Source: an uncultured Heliobacteriaceae bacterium
GTDB lineage: Bacteria > Acidobacteriota > Blastocatellia > RBC074
Assembly (NCBI GenBank): GCA_964563495.1
Contig: CAZLYK010000070.1
Coordinates: 1-27,775 of the forward strand
Direction: 5' to 3'
Length of the DNA stretch: 27,775 nucleotides
Positions 1 to 11,392 of this stretch are shown one piece after another. Numbering within the stretch: the first letter of the stretch is position 1; every line of letters begins with the position of its first letter. The notes beneath the pieces were generated by a model, which saw only the letters and a list, made by a program, of their open reading frames with translations, did no database searches and was not told where the DNA came from. The position numbers and the translations under genes are program-made.

Positions 1-30
1 AGCCAGGGGTGGAGCGCTCCACCCCTGGCT
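1..30. repeat. Perfect 30-nt palindrome (AGCCAGGGGTGGAGCGCTCCACCCCTGGCT) at the window edge, about 90 nt downstream of the minus-strand flotillin-like gene. Possibly its terminator hairpin, though the flanking T-run would lie outside the window.
   Basis: The sequence is its own reverse complement. It lies 3' of the CDS that ends at 120 on the minus strand. Confidence 0.35.
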
Positions 31-119
31 AAGATCTTGTCGCCCCTTCGCGGTGAGTGTCCGAATCTTTTTTGGTCTGATTTAGCACCCAGCACCCAGC
101 ATCTGACATCTTTTTCTGT

Positions 120-2327
120 TTATGACCATTGTTTGGTCGAGCCATTGACCTGATCGGACTTTGGATTGGCCAAATTCAACTGGTTGCGGAAGAGGTTGAG
201 CAGGAGCAGTGTGCCCAGGTTGCCTCCGCCATCGCCGTTTCCGCCCGAAGCCATGACGTCGGGTGTGATCCGGACGCCCTTCTCGCCGATCACTTTGAGG
301 GTTTCGACCAGCGCGACTCCCTGCGGACCGAGAGCTTTGACCTGTTCGTGATAGGCTACGCCCTGGGCCTCGCCCATCAACCGTGCCTTCTCGGCCTCAG
401 CCTTTCCGGTTTGCAGGATGTAGTGAGCCTCGCCTTCGGCCTCGGCTTTTCGCTGTTCGGCGCGTTTGCCGGAGATCTCGACGCCGACGGTCGCGGCCAT
501 GAGGTCGCGCTGGTTGTCGGCTTGGGCCTTTGTCTTCTCCAGTTCGATCCGCCGGCTTTCCGCTTCGCGCTGCGCATTGTACATATTCTGCCGCTGCTCG
601 GCCAGGATCTTTTCCGTCTGCGTCTTCATCAATTCCTCGGGCAGGCGGATGTGGCAGATCAGGACATTGACCACGTCGACGTGGTACTTGAGCAGATGGG
701 CGCGGACGCGGGCTTCGGCGCGTTCCTGCTCCTCGTGACGGTTCTGCAGATAAGCCATGGCCGAAGATTCCGACGCCTGGTTTCGAAAGATCGAATCGAT
801 CAACGGATGCATGACATTCTGGATCAGTCGATCGATCGAGCCGATCTTGGCGACCATAAACGGCGCGTCTTCGGGTTTGACGCGGAAGACGACGCGGACT
901 TCGAGCTGCATGGTGAAGCCGTCTTTCGAGATCACCTCGAACGGGTCGAAGGTGTTGGCAACCTGTTCCGTCGTCCACTCGACCGTCTGGTTGGTCGTCG
1001 GGATGATCACCGGGGTCACTGCGAGGGTGTTGACGTAGTAGCGACCGGGGCCGACCACCGTCTCCTGAATGCCGCGATAGCCCTCGGGGACGACATAGGC
1101 TTCGTGAGCGCCCTCATCCAGCCGGGCATCCGCCGGGTCTACCATTCGCAAATCCTGCTTGATCTCCTCCAGGTCATCACCCTGATCGCCGTCGAACTTG
1201 TCCAGATGAGCTGCAGCTATAGCCAACTGCTCCTTCTCTTCGCGTTCGAGCTTGGACCGGATTTTATCGGCCATGGCGCGGCGGATCTCTTCGGTCGGGT
1301 CTTTGCCGACGTTCGAGACGATCACCGCCACTTCGCCCGGCTTGACTTCACCCGCTTTTTCAGGGATCACTTTGAACAGGAGCGGATTGATGTAGTAAGT
1401 GCCGGGCAGCAGCAAGTCCTTCTGCGGGCCGCGCTGGCCGCCGCGCTTGATGAACTCATGACCGGTCTGAAAGTTGTCATGACCATCGACCGGGGTCGCC
1501 ACATAATCGCGCTGGTTGAGCGCCGCCCCGTCGAGAGCCTCGACCAGGCCGATCTGGTTCTCGTTGATGATCGATGCGTCAAACAGGTGCACCGTGAAGA
1601 TCCCGGGCTTGACGCTCTGGTCTTCGAGCGAGATCGAATTGGTCAGGATGCGATATGTGCCCGGGGTCAGGATGTCGATCTGTGGGCCTTTCTGTCCGCC
1701 CGACGCGATGAACTGTTCAGCATCCTGAAAATTGCGATGTTCGTTGACGCTCAGGCCGAGCAGCCGTCCGGCTTCGAGCGGCTCGCCGTCGGCGGCCGTC
1801 ACCACGCCGACCTTGCCCTGCGGGATCATCGTCGCTTTGGCGATCGAGACGCGGAAGAGATAAGGGTGGATCGGCCAATAGCCGGGAGGCAGCGTGCGCA
1901 TCTGAATGCCTTTGACGCCCCCACGATGAATGAAGGCGATCGGATCCTGGAAGTTGTTGTGGGCGTTACGCGCGCGATCGGGCGCAAAGATGCGGCCCGG
2001 CGGCAGCGGCTCCCCGTCGATCGCCTCGATGATTCCGATCTCGTCTGAGCCGATTTCGATCAGCGGAACCTTGGCCACTACCCGTTCAAACGGATACTTG
2101 ATCAAATGCAGGCCGGGTTTAAGCACATCGGCCTGGATGCCGACCTCGCCCTCGGTCGCGACCACGCGGCCCGGAGGCATCTTCTTCCCCAGATAACGCA
2201 GCTCTTTGATCGCAATCTCCTTGGCGCCGACGTTGACCAGCACTTTGCTCATCACGAAAAGCAAAGCGACCAGACCGGCGAAAGCGGCGATTAATAGAAA
2301 GGGTGAAAACCCGAAAACGGTGTTCAT
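120..2327 (-). CDS. SPFH/band-7 (flotillin-like) membrane protein, 735 aa. It has an N-terminal TM helix and three ~60-aa tandem repeats inserted before the SPFH core. The C-terminus is an Ala/Glu-rich coiled-coil flotillin tail.
   Basis: The ATG at 2327 has AAGGA 6 nt upstream. There is an N-terminal hydrophobic segment (FSPFLLIAAFAGLVALLFV). Three repeats share DGEPL..GR...HNNFQD..FI.RGG.KG.Q...LPGTY.I.P.LF. The SPFH core runs DGFTMQLEVRVVFRV...NVLICHIRLPEEL. The Glu/Ala/Lys/Arg-rich heptad region resembles YqiK/flotillin C-termini. Confidence 0.8.
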   Translation of the reverse strand: MNTVFGFSPFLLIAAFAGLVALLFVMSKVLVNVGAKEIAIKELRYLGKKMPPGRVVATEGEVGIQADVLKPGLHLIKYPFERVVAKVPLIEIGSDEIGIIEAIDGEPLPPGRIFAPDRARNAHNNFQDPIAFIHRGGVKGIQMRTLPPGYWPIHPYLFRVSIAKATMIPQGKVGVVTAADGEPLEAGRLLGLSVNEHRNFQDAEQFIASGGQKGPQIDILTPGTYRILTNSISLEDQSVKPGIFTVHLFDASIINENQIGLVEALDGAALNQRDYVATPVDGHDNFQTGHEFIKRGGQRGPQKDLLLPGTYYINPLLFKVIPEKAGEVKPGEVAVIVSNVGKDPTEEIRRAMADKIRSKLEREEKEQLAIAAAHLDKFDGDQGDDLEEIKQDLRMVDPADARLDEGAHEAYVVPEGYRGIQETVVGPGRYYVNTLAVTPVIIPTTNQTVEWTTEQVANTFDPFEVISKDGFTMQLEVRVVFRVKPEDAPFMVAKIGSIDRLIQNVMHPLIDSIFRNQASESSAMAYLQNRHEEQERAEARVRAHLLKYHVDVVNVLICHIRLPEELMKTQTEKILAEQRQNMYNAQREAESRRIELEKTKAQADNQRDLMAATVGVEISGKRAEQRKAEAEGEAHYILQTGKAEAEKARLMGEAQGVAYHEQVKALGPQGVALVETLKVIGEKGVRITPDVMASGGNGDGGGNLGTLLLLNLFRNQLNLANPKSDQVNGSTKQWS

Positions 2328-2366
2328 AGCTATCCTTTGCTGCTAGCACAAATTGGGTGGTTGAGA

Positions 2367-3074
2367 TCAAGTCAGACGCCGGGTTCCCGCCGCTAGCTCG
2401 CGGCGAACATCGGCAATCGCTTGTTTGATAAGAAAACCTGATCCGGAATACCTGGTTTCATCCGCTATCAGCCAGTAAGCGCTTTCGACCACGGCGATTA
2501 GATCTGTGGCTGAAATCTGCGGCAGTTCGCCCGCGCGCCATCTCTTGAGCGTCTCTTCAACCGCCTGCTCAAAGAGCGGCGCCTCATCAGATAGCGCGGC
2601 CAGGTAGAGCAGATCGGCCGGCGAAGGCTGATCGTGCGAGTCCTTCCAATGACCGAGCATTAATCCGGCGAAATCGGCGCTCGATCGCAGGCCCCCGCTC
2701 CCGACGATGTATTCGGCAATCGAGCGCAGGCGTTCGCGATCGCTGTCGGCCTCTTCGACGAGCTTTTGCAGGACTTCGTGATAGAGCTCCCGTTTGCCCG
2801 TCGCGAACGCATCGTCGAGCGCTTTCTCGTCACCCTCGCCGGCCCGCTCGAGCAGTCGTTCGCGCTCATCCTTCGCCCGAGACGCGGCTTCTGCCCGCGC
2901 AAGCAGGATCGCTCCCCGTTCGTACTCCTCGGTAAACAGGCTGTGGGAACCGGCCGCTGTAGATGGTTCGAGTTGGTCAGCCTGGCCTTCGCGCTTTGAG
3001 CTCCGACTTTTGAAGCGAAGCGCTATCGCCGCGACCACAAGCAGAAAAACCAGAATTGGCAGAAAGGTGTTCAT
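2367..3074 (-). CDS. Hypothetical membrane-anchored protein, 235 aa, with an N-terminal TM helix and an Ala/Glu/Arg-rich soluble domain. It sits 39 bp upstream of the flotillin-like gene and is co-oriented with it, so it is a likely operon partner.
   Basis: The ORF has consistent GC3-rich codon usage. The N-terminus (MNTFLPILVFLLVVAAIALRF) is hydrophobic. I recognise no family. Confidence 0.55.
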   Translation of the reverse strand: MNTFLPILVFLLVVAAIALRFKSRSSKREGQADQLEPSTAAGSHSLFTEEYERGAILLARAEAASRAKDERERLLERAGEGDEKALDDAFATGKRELYHEVLQKLVEEADSDRERLRSIAEYIVGSGGLRSSADFAGLMLGHWKDSHDQPSPADLLYLAALSDEAPLFEQAVEETLKRWRAGELPQISATDLIAVVESAYWLIADETRYSGSGFLIKQAIADVRRELAAGTRRLT

Positions 3075-3211
3075 ATCTCTTCGCCTGACTCGGAAAAACA
3101 GTCATTGACACCCGGCTGAGTCGTGTCAGGCGACTTGGTTGCACAAGCAGATATACGTCTACCGTGATTTTGTTGTTCTCTAAACCGGCGGGTAGAGGCG
3201 TTAAATCAGAG

Positions 3212-3838
3212 TTAAGTTCTGGGGGTGACAGCCCGGGTTGGATTTTTCTGGGTCAACTGTGGGAAAAATTTGTTGGCGACGCGGTAACCGAGCAGGACAA
3301 GCAGGACCAGACCGAATGCCAGCGGCAGGCGCGTGTCGGCTTTGACCAGCAGATAATAATGAGTCACTCCCGCCGCTGCAGCGAGATAAACGGCTCTGTG
3401 CAAGAGGTTCCAGCGCCGGCCGCCAAGGCGCTTGATCATCCCGTTGGTCGAGGTGACCGCCAGGGGAATGAGCAGCAGAAATGCGAACATGCCGAGAAAG
3501 ATAAACGGCCGCTTGAGCGTGTCTTCGGTCATGGCCGCCAGATTAAAGGCTTTATCAAACCAGGTGTAGGCAAGCAGATGCAGGCAACCATAAAAGAAAG
3601 CATAGAGCCCGAGCATGCGCCGAAGCCTGATCATCCACGGCAGCCCCAGGACTTTACGCAGCGGCGTGACCGCAAGCGAAAGGAGCAGGAAGACCAGGGT
3701 CAGAGTCCCGGTCGTGTGTAAGACGAATTCCTGCGGATTTGCCCCGAGCCGGCCGCGATAGGCATCCCACCCCAGCATGGCGCACGGCACAGCGCTATTG
3801 ATGAAGACCAGAAATTTTGCAAATTTTAGATCGGGCAT
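3212..3838 (-). CDS. msrQ: Protein-methionine-sulfoxide reductase heme-binding membrane subunit MsrQ (YedZ family).
   Basis: 208 aa with about 6 TM segments and conserved His residues. It lies immediately downstream (9 nt) of the msrP homolog on the same strand, as in the E. coli yedYZ/msrPQ arrangement. Confidence 0.8.
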   Translation of the reverse strand: MPDLKFAKFLVFINSAVPCAMLGWDAYRGRLGANPQEFVLHTTGTLTLVFLLLSLAVTPLRKVLGLPWMIRLRRMLGLYAFFYGCLHLLAYTWFDKAFNLAAMTEDTLKRPFIFLGMFAFLLLIPLAVTSTNGMIKRLGGRRWNLLHRAVYLAAAAGVTHYYLLVKADTRLPLAFGLVLLVLLGYRVANKFFPQLTQKNPTRAVTPRT

Positions 3839-3847
3839 GGCCGTCTC

Positions 3848-4798
3848 TTAAAAATCCTGCTTGAGATCCATTCCGGAATACATACTCGCGACTTGATCGC
3901 CGTAGCCGTTGAAGAGAATAGTTTTTCGTCTTCCCCATTCTCCGATCCGGCGCTCGCTGGCCTGGCTCCAGCGCGGGTGGGCGACATCCGGATTGACGTT
4001 GGAGTAAAACCCGTACTCATCGGGCGCGTAGCCGTTCCAGGTCGTTTCCGGTTGTTTTTCGGTGAACGTGATTTTGACGATCGACTTGATGCTCTTAAAC
4101 CCATATTTCCACGGAACGACCAGTCGCAGCGGCGCTCCGTTTTGCGGCAGCAGCATCTTGCCGTAAAGACCAACGGCGAGAATTGTCAGCGGATGCATGG
4201 CTTCATCGATCCGCAGTCCTTCGTAGTATGGCCATGGCAGCACATCGTCGCGCTGATTCGGCATGCGTTCCGGATCCAGAAGCGTCATCAATCTGACAAA
4301 CCGGGCTTCTCCCATAGGATTGACCTGGTCGAGCAGCCGTTTAAGTGGAATCCCCAGCCAGGGAATGACCATCGACCACGCCTCGACGCAGCGCAGGCGA
4401 TAGATCCGATCTTCGAGCGGCGCCAGCTTGAGGATCTCTTCGATGCCGAAAGTCTTCGGTTTGTGGACCAGGCCGTCGACCTCGATCGTCCAGGGGCGGG
4501 TGACGAAATTTTTGGATCGAACCGCGACCGCCTGTTTATCGGTCGAAAATTCGTAAAAGTTATTGTAGTTGGTGATGTCTTCGAAATCGTTCGCCGGCTC
4601 TCCCTCGGCGGTCGCATAGGGGCTCTTAGCCGGCGTCTCGGGACCCGCCGTCGTTCGAGGCCCGGTTGAAGGAGTGTTCAATTGACGATAGAGCAGCGCC
4701 GTCGCTGCGGTTGTCCCCGCCAAGACGGCGCCGCGGACGAAGTTGCGGCGATTGAGATATTGTTTCTCGTCGGTAATCTCGCTGCTTTTAATCACCAT
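3848..4798 (-). CDS. msrP: Protein-methionine-sulfoxide reductase catalytic subunit MsrP (YedY, molybdopterin oxidoreductase). A Tat signal is present.
   Basis: The Tat motif RRNFVRG is present. There are strong block matches to E. coli YedY: [68 protein letters not shown] and HPRWSQASE. The RBS GGAGGGG lies upstream of the ATG at 4798. Confidence 0.92.
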   Translation of the reverse strand: MVIKSSEITDEKQYLNRRNFVRGAVLAGTTAATALLYRQLNTPSTGPRTTAGPETPAKSPYATAEGEPANDFEDITNYNNFYEFSTDKQAVAVRSKNFVTRPWTIEVDGLVHKPKTFGIEEILKLAPLEDRIYRLRCVEAWSMVIPWLGIPLKRLLDQVNPMGEARFVRLMTLLDPERMPNQRDDVLPWPYYEGLRIDEAMHPLTILAVGLYGKMLLPQNGAPLRLVVPWKYGFKSIKSIVKITFTEKQPETTWNGYAPDEYGFYSNVNPDVAHPRWSQASERRIGEWGRRKTILFNGYGDQVASMYSGMDLKQDF

Positions 4799-4817
4799 GC
4801 TTCACCCCTCCGTAATA

Positions 4818-4883
4818 AATAGACAGGATTGACCGGATTTTGTCAGGATATGACCAGACACGATCCTGTTGATCCTGTCTATT
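4818..4883. repeat. Palindromic repeat element, copy A (AATAGACAGGATTGACCGGATTTT...GATCCTGTTGATCCTGTCTATT). It lies in the divergent msrP/rnhB promoter region.
   Basis: The terminal motifs AATAGACAGGAT and ATCCTGTCTATT are inverted. It belongs to the family also seen at ~8.0, 8.4, 11.4, 15.4, 17.6 and 22.7 kb. Confidence 0.7.
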
Positions 4884-5012
4884 GCCCACTTTGAATGCTG
4901 CAGAATCAAAATTTTATTCCAGGATTTCGGTGAAAGCTTCCTCATCTCAGCGCCCATCAAGTTATAATCAGCCGGCGTTTAAGAATACGATTTGACCATT
5001 AAAGTGGATTTC

Positions 5013-5663
5013 ATGCCATATCTGCTCAAGTTTGAAAAAGAGCTCTGGGGTGAAGGAGTAGCTCTGATCGCCGGGGTCGACGAAGCAGGTGTCGGGCCGT
5101 TGGCCGGGCCCGTCGTCGCCGGCGCGGTCATTCTCCCGCGCGAGTTCGGGCTGCGCGATCTGAACGATTCCAAGAAGCTGGGTCAAAAGACGCGCCGGGA
5201 TCTCTCCGTGGAGATCAAGACCGGAGCCTTGGCGTGGGCGGTTGGGATCGCCGAAGTCGAGGAGATCGACCGTCTCAATATTTATCGGGCCGGGTTGCTG
5301 GCTATGCGGCGCGCTGTCTGTGGATTGAGCCGGAGACCGGATTTTATCCTGGTCGATGCCCGGACCATCCCCGATTGTGAGATCGGGCAGAGAGGTATTA
5401 TCCGCGGAGACGAGCTTTCGGCGAGCATCGCCGCCGCTTCGATCATCGCCAAGACCACCAGGGATGCGATCATGGTCGAGCTCGACCGGGAATTTCCCGG
5501 CTATGGTTTTGCGTCGCACAAGGGATACGCGACGCCCGAGCATTTCCGCGCTTTACGGGAGCGCGGAGCGCTGCCGGTTCATCGACGAAGTTTCCGCCCG
5601 GTGCGCGAAGCCCTCGGGATTGAGCCGGTCCAGAACCCCTTGTTCAATAATTGCCATAAATGA
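5013..5663 (+). CDS. rnhB: Ribonuclease HII.
   Basis: It carries the [21 protein letters not shown] motif (RNase HII DEAGRGPL box). Later catalytic Asp/Ser blocks are also present. The six-frame ORF starts at a TTG at 4992. The ATG at 5013 (MPYLLKFE...) is the first ATG and I prefer it. Confidence 0.88.
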   Translation: MPYLLKFEKELWGEGVALIAGVDEAGVGPLAGPVVAGAVILPREFGLRDLNDSKKLGQKTRRDLSVEIKTGALAWAVGIAEVEEIDRLNIYRAGLLAMRRAVCGLSRRPDFILVDARTIPDCEIGQRGIIRGDELSASIAAASIIAKTTRDAIMVELDREFPGYGFASHKGYATPEHFRALRERGALPVHRRSFRPVREALGIEPVQNPLFNNCHK

Positions 5664-6883
5664 CAAATCAACAGGGCGTGGAGACCAGAGACGCGATCGG
5701 ATTTGTCTTGCGGATTGGCCGTGCGCTGCATGCTTACGGCTATCCCGCGGATCGTCTCGAAGAGGTCATGGAGAAGACCTCTGATCGACTGGGTCTTTTG
5801 GGACAGTTCTTTTCGACACCGACCTCGATCTTTGCGGCGTTCGGACCCCAGGACAATCAGCAGACCTTTTTACTTCGCGTCACCCCGGGTGAAGTTAATC
5901 TGGGCAAACTGGCTGAGCTGGACAGGGTCACGATCAACGTCCTGCGCGGCGTGCGAGACGCGGCTCAAGGGTCCGGGCAGGTCGAGCGGATACTGGCCGA
6001 GCCACTTCCCTATGGCCGCTGGCTGCGTGTGACGGCTTTTGGAATAGCGTCCGCCTGCTCTTCGCGTTTTCTGGGCGGAGGAATGATCGAAGTCTTCGTC
6101 TCCGCTCTGATTGGACTGCTGATCGGACTGCTCTCGATGGCAATCGAGAGATATCAATCGCTTGGCAGAGTCTTTGAACCGGTCGCCGCTTTCGCCGCCT
6201 CCGCGCTTGCTTCCGCTTTGAGCTTTGCCATCGGGCCTTATGCGGTTTCAAACGCCATGCTCTCCGGGTTGATCATACTCATGCCCGGGTTGACGCTGAC
6301 CGTCGCCATGATCGAGCTCTCGACGCAGCATCTATCATCGGGGACGTCGCGTTTGAACAACGCCTTTGTCACTTTCCTGGGGATCGGTTTTGGCGTGGCG
6401 GTCGGCAGCGCCCTGATCGATTCAATGCTTGGGTCGGCGCGCGCCGTCCGCGCCATCCCCTTGCCGGCCTGGACTGAGCTGCTCGCGATTGTCTCGCTCT
6501 CGCTGGCTCTGACGGTTCTGCTGCGCGCGCATTTGCGTGATGCCGTGTGGATCGTCCTGGCCGGAGCGCTGGCCGTCGGCAGCGCAAAAGTCGGAGCGAG
6601 GTTGCTGGGCCCGGAGCTTGGAGTCTTCTTCGGCGCGCTGACGGTCGGCGTTGGCGGAAATTGGTATGCTCGGCTGGTTGACCGCCCGTCGATTATTACC
6701 CAGGTCCCTGGAATCCTCATGCTCGTCCCGGGCAGCGTGGGATTTCGCGGGCTCGCGGCCATGCTCGACGAAAAGATCATCTCGGGCATCGATACGACTT
6801 TCAAAATGATCCTCACGGCTGTCGCTCTGGTCGCCGGGACGCTGATCGCCAGCATCATCGCTCCGACACGGCGTGAGATATAA
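5660..6883 (+). CDS. Threonine/serine exporter (ThrE) family membrane protein, a fused YjjP-like (DUF1212) plus YjjB-like (DUF3815) arrangement.
   Basis: 407 aa. An N-terminal soluble region ([24 protein letters not shown]) is followed by about 10 TM segments. The start ATG overlaps the rnhB stop (ATGA). Confidence 0.75.
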   Translation: MTNQQGVETRDAIGFVLRIGRALHAYGYPADRLEEVMEKTSDRLGLLGQFFSTPTSIFAAFGPQDNQQTFLLRVTPGEVNLGKLAELDRVTINVLRGVRDAAQGSGQVERILAEPLPYGRWLRVTAFGIASACSSRFLGGGMIEVFVSALIGLLIGLLSMAIERYQSLGRVFEPVAAFAASALASALSFAIGPYAVSNAMLSGLIILMPGLTLTVAMIELSTQHLSSGTSRLNNAFVTFLGIGFGVAVGSALIDSMLGSARAVRAIPLPAWTELLAIVSLSLALTVLLRAHLRDAVWIVLAGALAVGSAKVGARLLGPELGVFFGALTVGVGGNWYARLVDRPSIITQVPGILMLVPGSVGFRGLAAMLDEKIISGIDTTFKMILTAVALVAGTLIASIIAPTRREI

Positions 6884-6890
6884 TTTATTG

Positions 6891-6922
6891 AAGATCCCCG
6901 CCGCTTGCGGCGGCGATCTTTG
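6891..6922 (+). terminator. Candidate intrinsic terminator hairpin (GATCCCCGCCGC/GCGGCGGCGATC stem plus a short TTT) after the rnhB-thrE pair.
   Basis: A GC-rich inverted repeat lies 8 nt after the stop at 6883. The following U-tract is short, so confidence is modest. Confidence 0.35.
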
Positions 6923-6936
6923 TCACAAGGAGAACA

Positions 6937-7944
6937 ATGACTTCCAGAATCAATCATCAGTGGCGACTGGCGTCGCGCCCGGTCGGCTTTCTCAAGGAGT
7001 CGGATTTTAAGTGGGTCGAAGAACCAACGCCCGATTTGAAGGAGAATCAGATTCTCGTCCGCAGCCTCTATCTGTCACTGGATCCGGCAAACCGGGGGTG
7101 GACGAATGAGGGCGGATCCTACCGCGACGAGATCCCACTGGGCGCCGTCATGGAAGGTGGGGCGGTCGGAGTAGTCGAAGAATCGCGGAATCCTAATTTT
7201 ACACCGGGCGACAACGTCCAGGGGATGTTTGGCTGGCAGGAATACGTCGTCTCCGAGGGAAAGGGAATCAATAAGTTGCCGAACATTCCCGGCTTGCCTT
7301 TGACCGCCTACCTGGGGCTTTTCGGCCACATCGGATTAACCGCATATTTCGGCCTGCTCGACCTCACCCAGCCGAAACCAGGCGAAACTCTGGTCGTCTC
7401 GGCCGCCGCGGGGGCAGTCGGATCGATCGTCGGTCAGATCGGCAAGCTCAAAGGCTGTCGCGTCGTCGGCATCGCGGGCAGTGACGAAAAATGCAAATGG
7501 ATCACCGACGAGCTGGGCTTCGACGCGGCGATCAATTACAAAAAAGAGAATATCCGTGAGGCTCTCAAAAAGGCCTGTCCCCAAGGCATCGACATCTATT
7601 TTGAGAATGTCGGCGGCGAGACGCTGGATGCCGTGCTGAGTATGATCAATCTGTTCGCCCGGATCAGCGTCTGCGGGATGATCTCTATCTACAACGCGAC
7701 CAAGCCCGTCCCCGGCCCCTACAACCTGATCAACATCCTGACCAAACGCGCAAAGATGCAGGGCTTCATCGTGACCGACTTCTTGCCGCGCTCACAAGAA
7801 GCGGTGGCCGACCTGACCAAGTGGTACACGGAAGGCAAGCTCAAATATCGTGTCGATGTCGTCGAGGGGCTGAAGCACGCGCCGAGTGCGCTCAACAAGC
7901 TCTTCGAAGGGTCGAACCACGGCAAGCTGATCATCAAGATCTGA
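6937..7944 (+). CDS. NADP-dependent oxidoreductase of the medium-chain dehydrogenase/reductase family (CurA/YncB, alkenal/one reductase-like).
   Basis: 335 aa. The RBS AAGGAGA lies 5 nt upstream of the ATG. There is a Rossmann motif AAAGAVGSIVGQIGKLKGCRVVGIAGS and MDR N-terminal GroES-like blocks (ENQILVRSLYLSLDP). Confidence 0.88.
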   Translation: MTSRINHQWRLASRPVGFLKESDFKWVEEPTPDLKENQILVRSLYLSLDPANRGWTNEGGSYRDEIPLGAVMEGGAVGVVEESRNPNFTPGDNVQGMFGWQEYVVSEGKGINKLPNIPGLPLTAYLGLFGHIGLTAYFGLLDLTQPKPGETLVVSAAAGAVGSIVGQIGKLKGCRVVGIAGSDEKCKWITDELGFDAAINYKKENIREALKKACPQGIDIYFENVGGETLDAVLSMINLFARISVCGMISIYNATKPVPGPYNLINILTKRAKMQGFIVTDFLPRSQEAVADLTKWYTEGKLKYRVDVVEGLKHAPSALNKLFEGSNHGKLIIKI

Positions 7945-7986
7945 TCGAAATAAACAAGACTATCGGGATTGAAGACAATCACAAAA

Positions 7987-8008
7987 ATCCTGTTTAATCC
8001 TGTCTATT
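7987..8008. repeat. Half copy (right arm only, ATCCTGTTTAATCCTGTCTATT) of the palindromic repeat family. It lies between the oxidoreductase and the SCP2 gene.
   Basis: It matches the right-arm consensus ATCCTG...AATCCTGTCTATT. No left arm is present. Confidence 0.55.
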
Positions 8009-8031
8009 CAAATTTTACGGAGAAAGACCGA

Positions 8032-8349
8032 ATGACTGAACCGGCAAAAGACCTGACAGTTGATGAGTTCACCACCGGGATGCGCGAGAAGATCGGCGAA
8101 AATTCCCGGCTCGACGCGACCTTCAAATTTGTCTTCGATGACGGCCGAACTATTTTTATCGATGGTAAAACAGTGCCCAACCGCGTGAGTAACGATGATC
8201 AGCCGGCTGAGGTGACGCTCAGGATGTCGATCGAGACGCTCAACAAACTCCATCGCAAGGAGCTCAATCCAACCATGGCCGTCATGCTCGGCAAGATCAA
8301 GCTGGAAGGGAATATGATGACAGCGCTGAAGCTCGATCAGATTTTTTAG
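8032..8349 (+). CDS. SCP2 (sterol carrier protein 2) domain protein, ~105 aa.
   Basis: The C-terminal blocks LNKLHRKELNPTMAVMLGKIKLEGNMMTALKL are typical of SCP2. GGAG lies 9 nt upstream of the ATG at 8032. The upstream TTG-initiated extension to 7969 would read through the repeat half-copy, so I reject it. GC is lower (~52%) than in neighbouring genes. Confidence 0.75.
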   Translation: MTEPAKDLTVDEFTTGMREKIGENSRLDATFKFVFDDGRTIFIDGKTVPNRVSNDDQPAEVTLRMSIETLNKLHRKELNPTMAVMLGKIKLEGNMMTALKLDQIF

Positions 8350-8352
8350 GCG

Positions 8353-8424
8353 ATTGACGGGATTTTCTCAGGACTTGACCGGATGGGGTCTGGTCAAATC
8401 CTGAGAAAATCCCGTCACTCCCGT

Positions 8425-8430
<6 letters not shown>
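8353..8430. repeat. Palindromic repeat element, copy C, a variant (GACGGGATTTTCTCAGGACTTGACCGG ... CTGGTCAAATCCTGAGAAAATCCCGTC ... CCCGTCTATTT). It lies between the convergent SCP2 and M2-peptidase genes. The peptidase stop codon TAG sits in its terminal AAATAGACGGG motif.
   Basis: The inverted-repeat arms are ~27 nt. The terminal GTCTATT motif is shared with the family. Confidence 0.6.
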
Positions 8431-10260
<1,830 letters not shown>

Positions 10261-10369
10261 AGACATTATCCTCATGGGAAAAATGAAAATCCGGGTAAAT
10301 CTGCGTGCGATCATGGCTTGAATGGTTCAAAATGGCGACAGTCGAAGTTGAGACTCAGTAAGAGATTAT

Positions 10370-10603
10370 ATGCACAGCAGTACAAGACGCGAACTTCTCA
10401 CCGGCCTCCAATATCTCCTCATTGGCATCATTGCGCAATGCTCGGTTGTGCAATGGTTTGGAGGCAAGGACTTTTCCGTGCAACTACTGGTCTGGACGGC
10501 CGTCTTCACGGGGCTCGGTCTGGTCAGGCTGATCATCCTGTTTCTATCAGACCAATTCCGGCGAGATCAATGGCAGACGATCTCCAGGCGCAAGTGGTAT
10601 TAA
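10370..10603 (+). CDS. Possible small two-TM membrane protein, 77 aa, hypothetical.
   Basis: It sits in a 285-bp gap between two minus-strand genes. It has two hydrophobic helices. The RBS is weak (AAGAGA) and codon usage is mixed. Its stop overlaps the SDR gene's 3' end. Only weakly supported. Confidence 0.3.
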   Translation: MHSSTRRELLTGLQYLLIGIIAQCSVVQWFGGKDFSVQLLVWTAVFTGLGLVRLIILFLSDQFRRDQWQTISRRKWY

Positions 10604-11364
10604 ATCATCATCTGGCCGCCGTTGATTTCGATCATCTCGCCGTGGATGTAGCTGGCGGCGTCCGAGGCCAGGAAGGCGATGACTCTGCCGACCTCTTCCG
10701 AAACGCCGGCCCGGCCCAGGGGGATGCTGGCGGCGAATTGGGCCATCAATTCCGGGGTCGAAAGCCTTTCGTGGAAGGGGGTCTCGATGACGCCGGGGGC
10801 GACGCCGTTGACCCGGATGCCGCGATGCGCCAGCTCTTTGGCCATCCCTTTGGTCAGGCACATGACGGCCGCCTTGGCAGCGGCGTAAACGGCGGCGCCC
10901 GGGCCGCCTCCGTGATGGCCCGCGATCGAACCGACATTGATGATGTTCCCCCGGCCGCGATCCATCATTTCAGGCATGACCGCTTGTGAGCAGAGCAGGA
11001 CACTCTTGAAATTGAGCGTCACGACGCGGTCCCACAACTCGTCGGTGAAATCGAGCAGGGGGCAGCGCTGGATCATGTCGCCGGCATTATTGACGAGGAT
11101 GTCGATCGGCCCCAGTTTTTTGCGCGCCTCTTCCATGAGCGCGTGAGCGCCGGGGCGGGTCGAGACGTCGGCCTGGATAACTATTGCTCGACCGCCGTGC
11201 GATTCGATCAGGTGGCCGGTCTCTTCCGCTCCTTCACGGTTGCGATGGTAGTTGAGTGCCACCGCGGCTCCGCATTCGGCCAGGGCCGCCGCCGTGGCGC
11301 TCCCAATCCCGCTGCTCGCGCCGGTAACGACCGCGATCCGCCCGCTCAAATCCTGTTTGTTCAT
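10600..11364 (-). CDS. SDR-family oxidoreductase (3-oxoacyl-ACP reductase / glucose dehydrogenase-like short-chain dehydrogenase).
   Basis: It has the TGASSGIG cofactor motif after MNKQDLSGRIAVV, the NNAG motif, and the catalytic S...YAAAK (YxxxK). I set the start at the ATG at 11364. The six-frame ORF extends further upstream to 11595, through the repeat. Confidence 0.9.
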   Translation of the reverse strand: MNKQDLSGRIAVVTGASSGIGSATAAALAECGAAVALNYHRNREGAEETGHLIESHGGRAIVIQADVSTRPGAHALMEEARKKLGPIDILVNNAGDMIQRCPLLDFTDELWDRVVTLNFKSVLLCSQAVMPEMMDRGRGNIINVGSIAGHHGGGPGAAVYAAAKAAVMCLTKGMAKELAHRGIRVNGVAPGVIETPFHERLSTPELMAQFAASIPLGRAGVSEEVGRVIAFLASDAASYIHGEMIEINGGQMMI

Positions 11365-11392
11365 TTCCTGCTTCCCTTTGATGTTGACATTT

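Noticed and set aside
87-103. Short tandem GCACCCAGCACCCAGCA downstream of the flotillin-like gene.
   Set aside because: It has only two units of 7 nt. I consider it chance slippage and see no functional inference.
129-2048. 639-aa ORF on the plus strand, antisense to the flotillin-like gene.
   Set aside because: It is Arg/Ala/Asp-rich and low-complexity, typical of a shadow ORF opposite a real high-GC gene. It has no recognisable domains.
3075-3140. Inverted repeat CGCCTGAC...GTCAGGCG between the hypothetical gene start and the msrQ 3' end, considered as an msrPQ terminator.
   Set aside because: The stem is interrupted and the U-tract falls inside rather than after the stem on the transcribed strand. 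That is not convincing as an intrinsic terminator.
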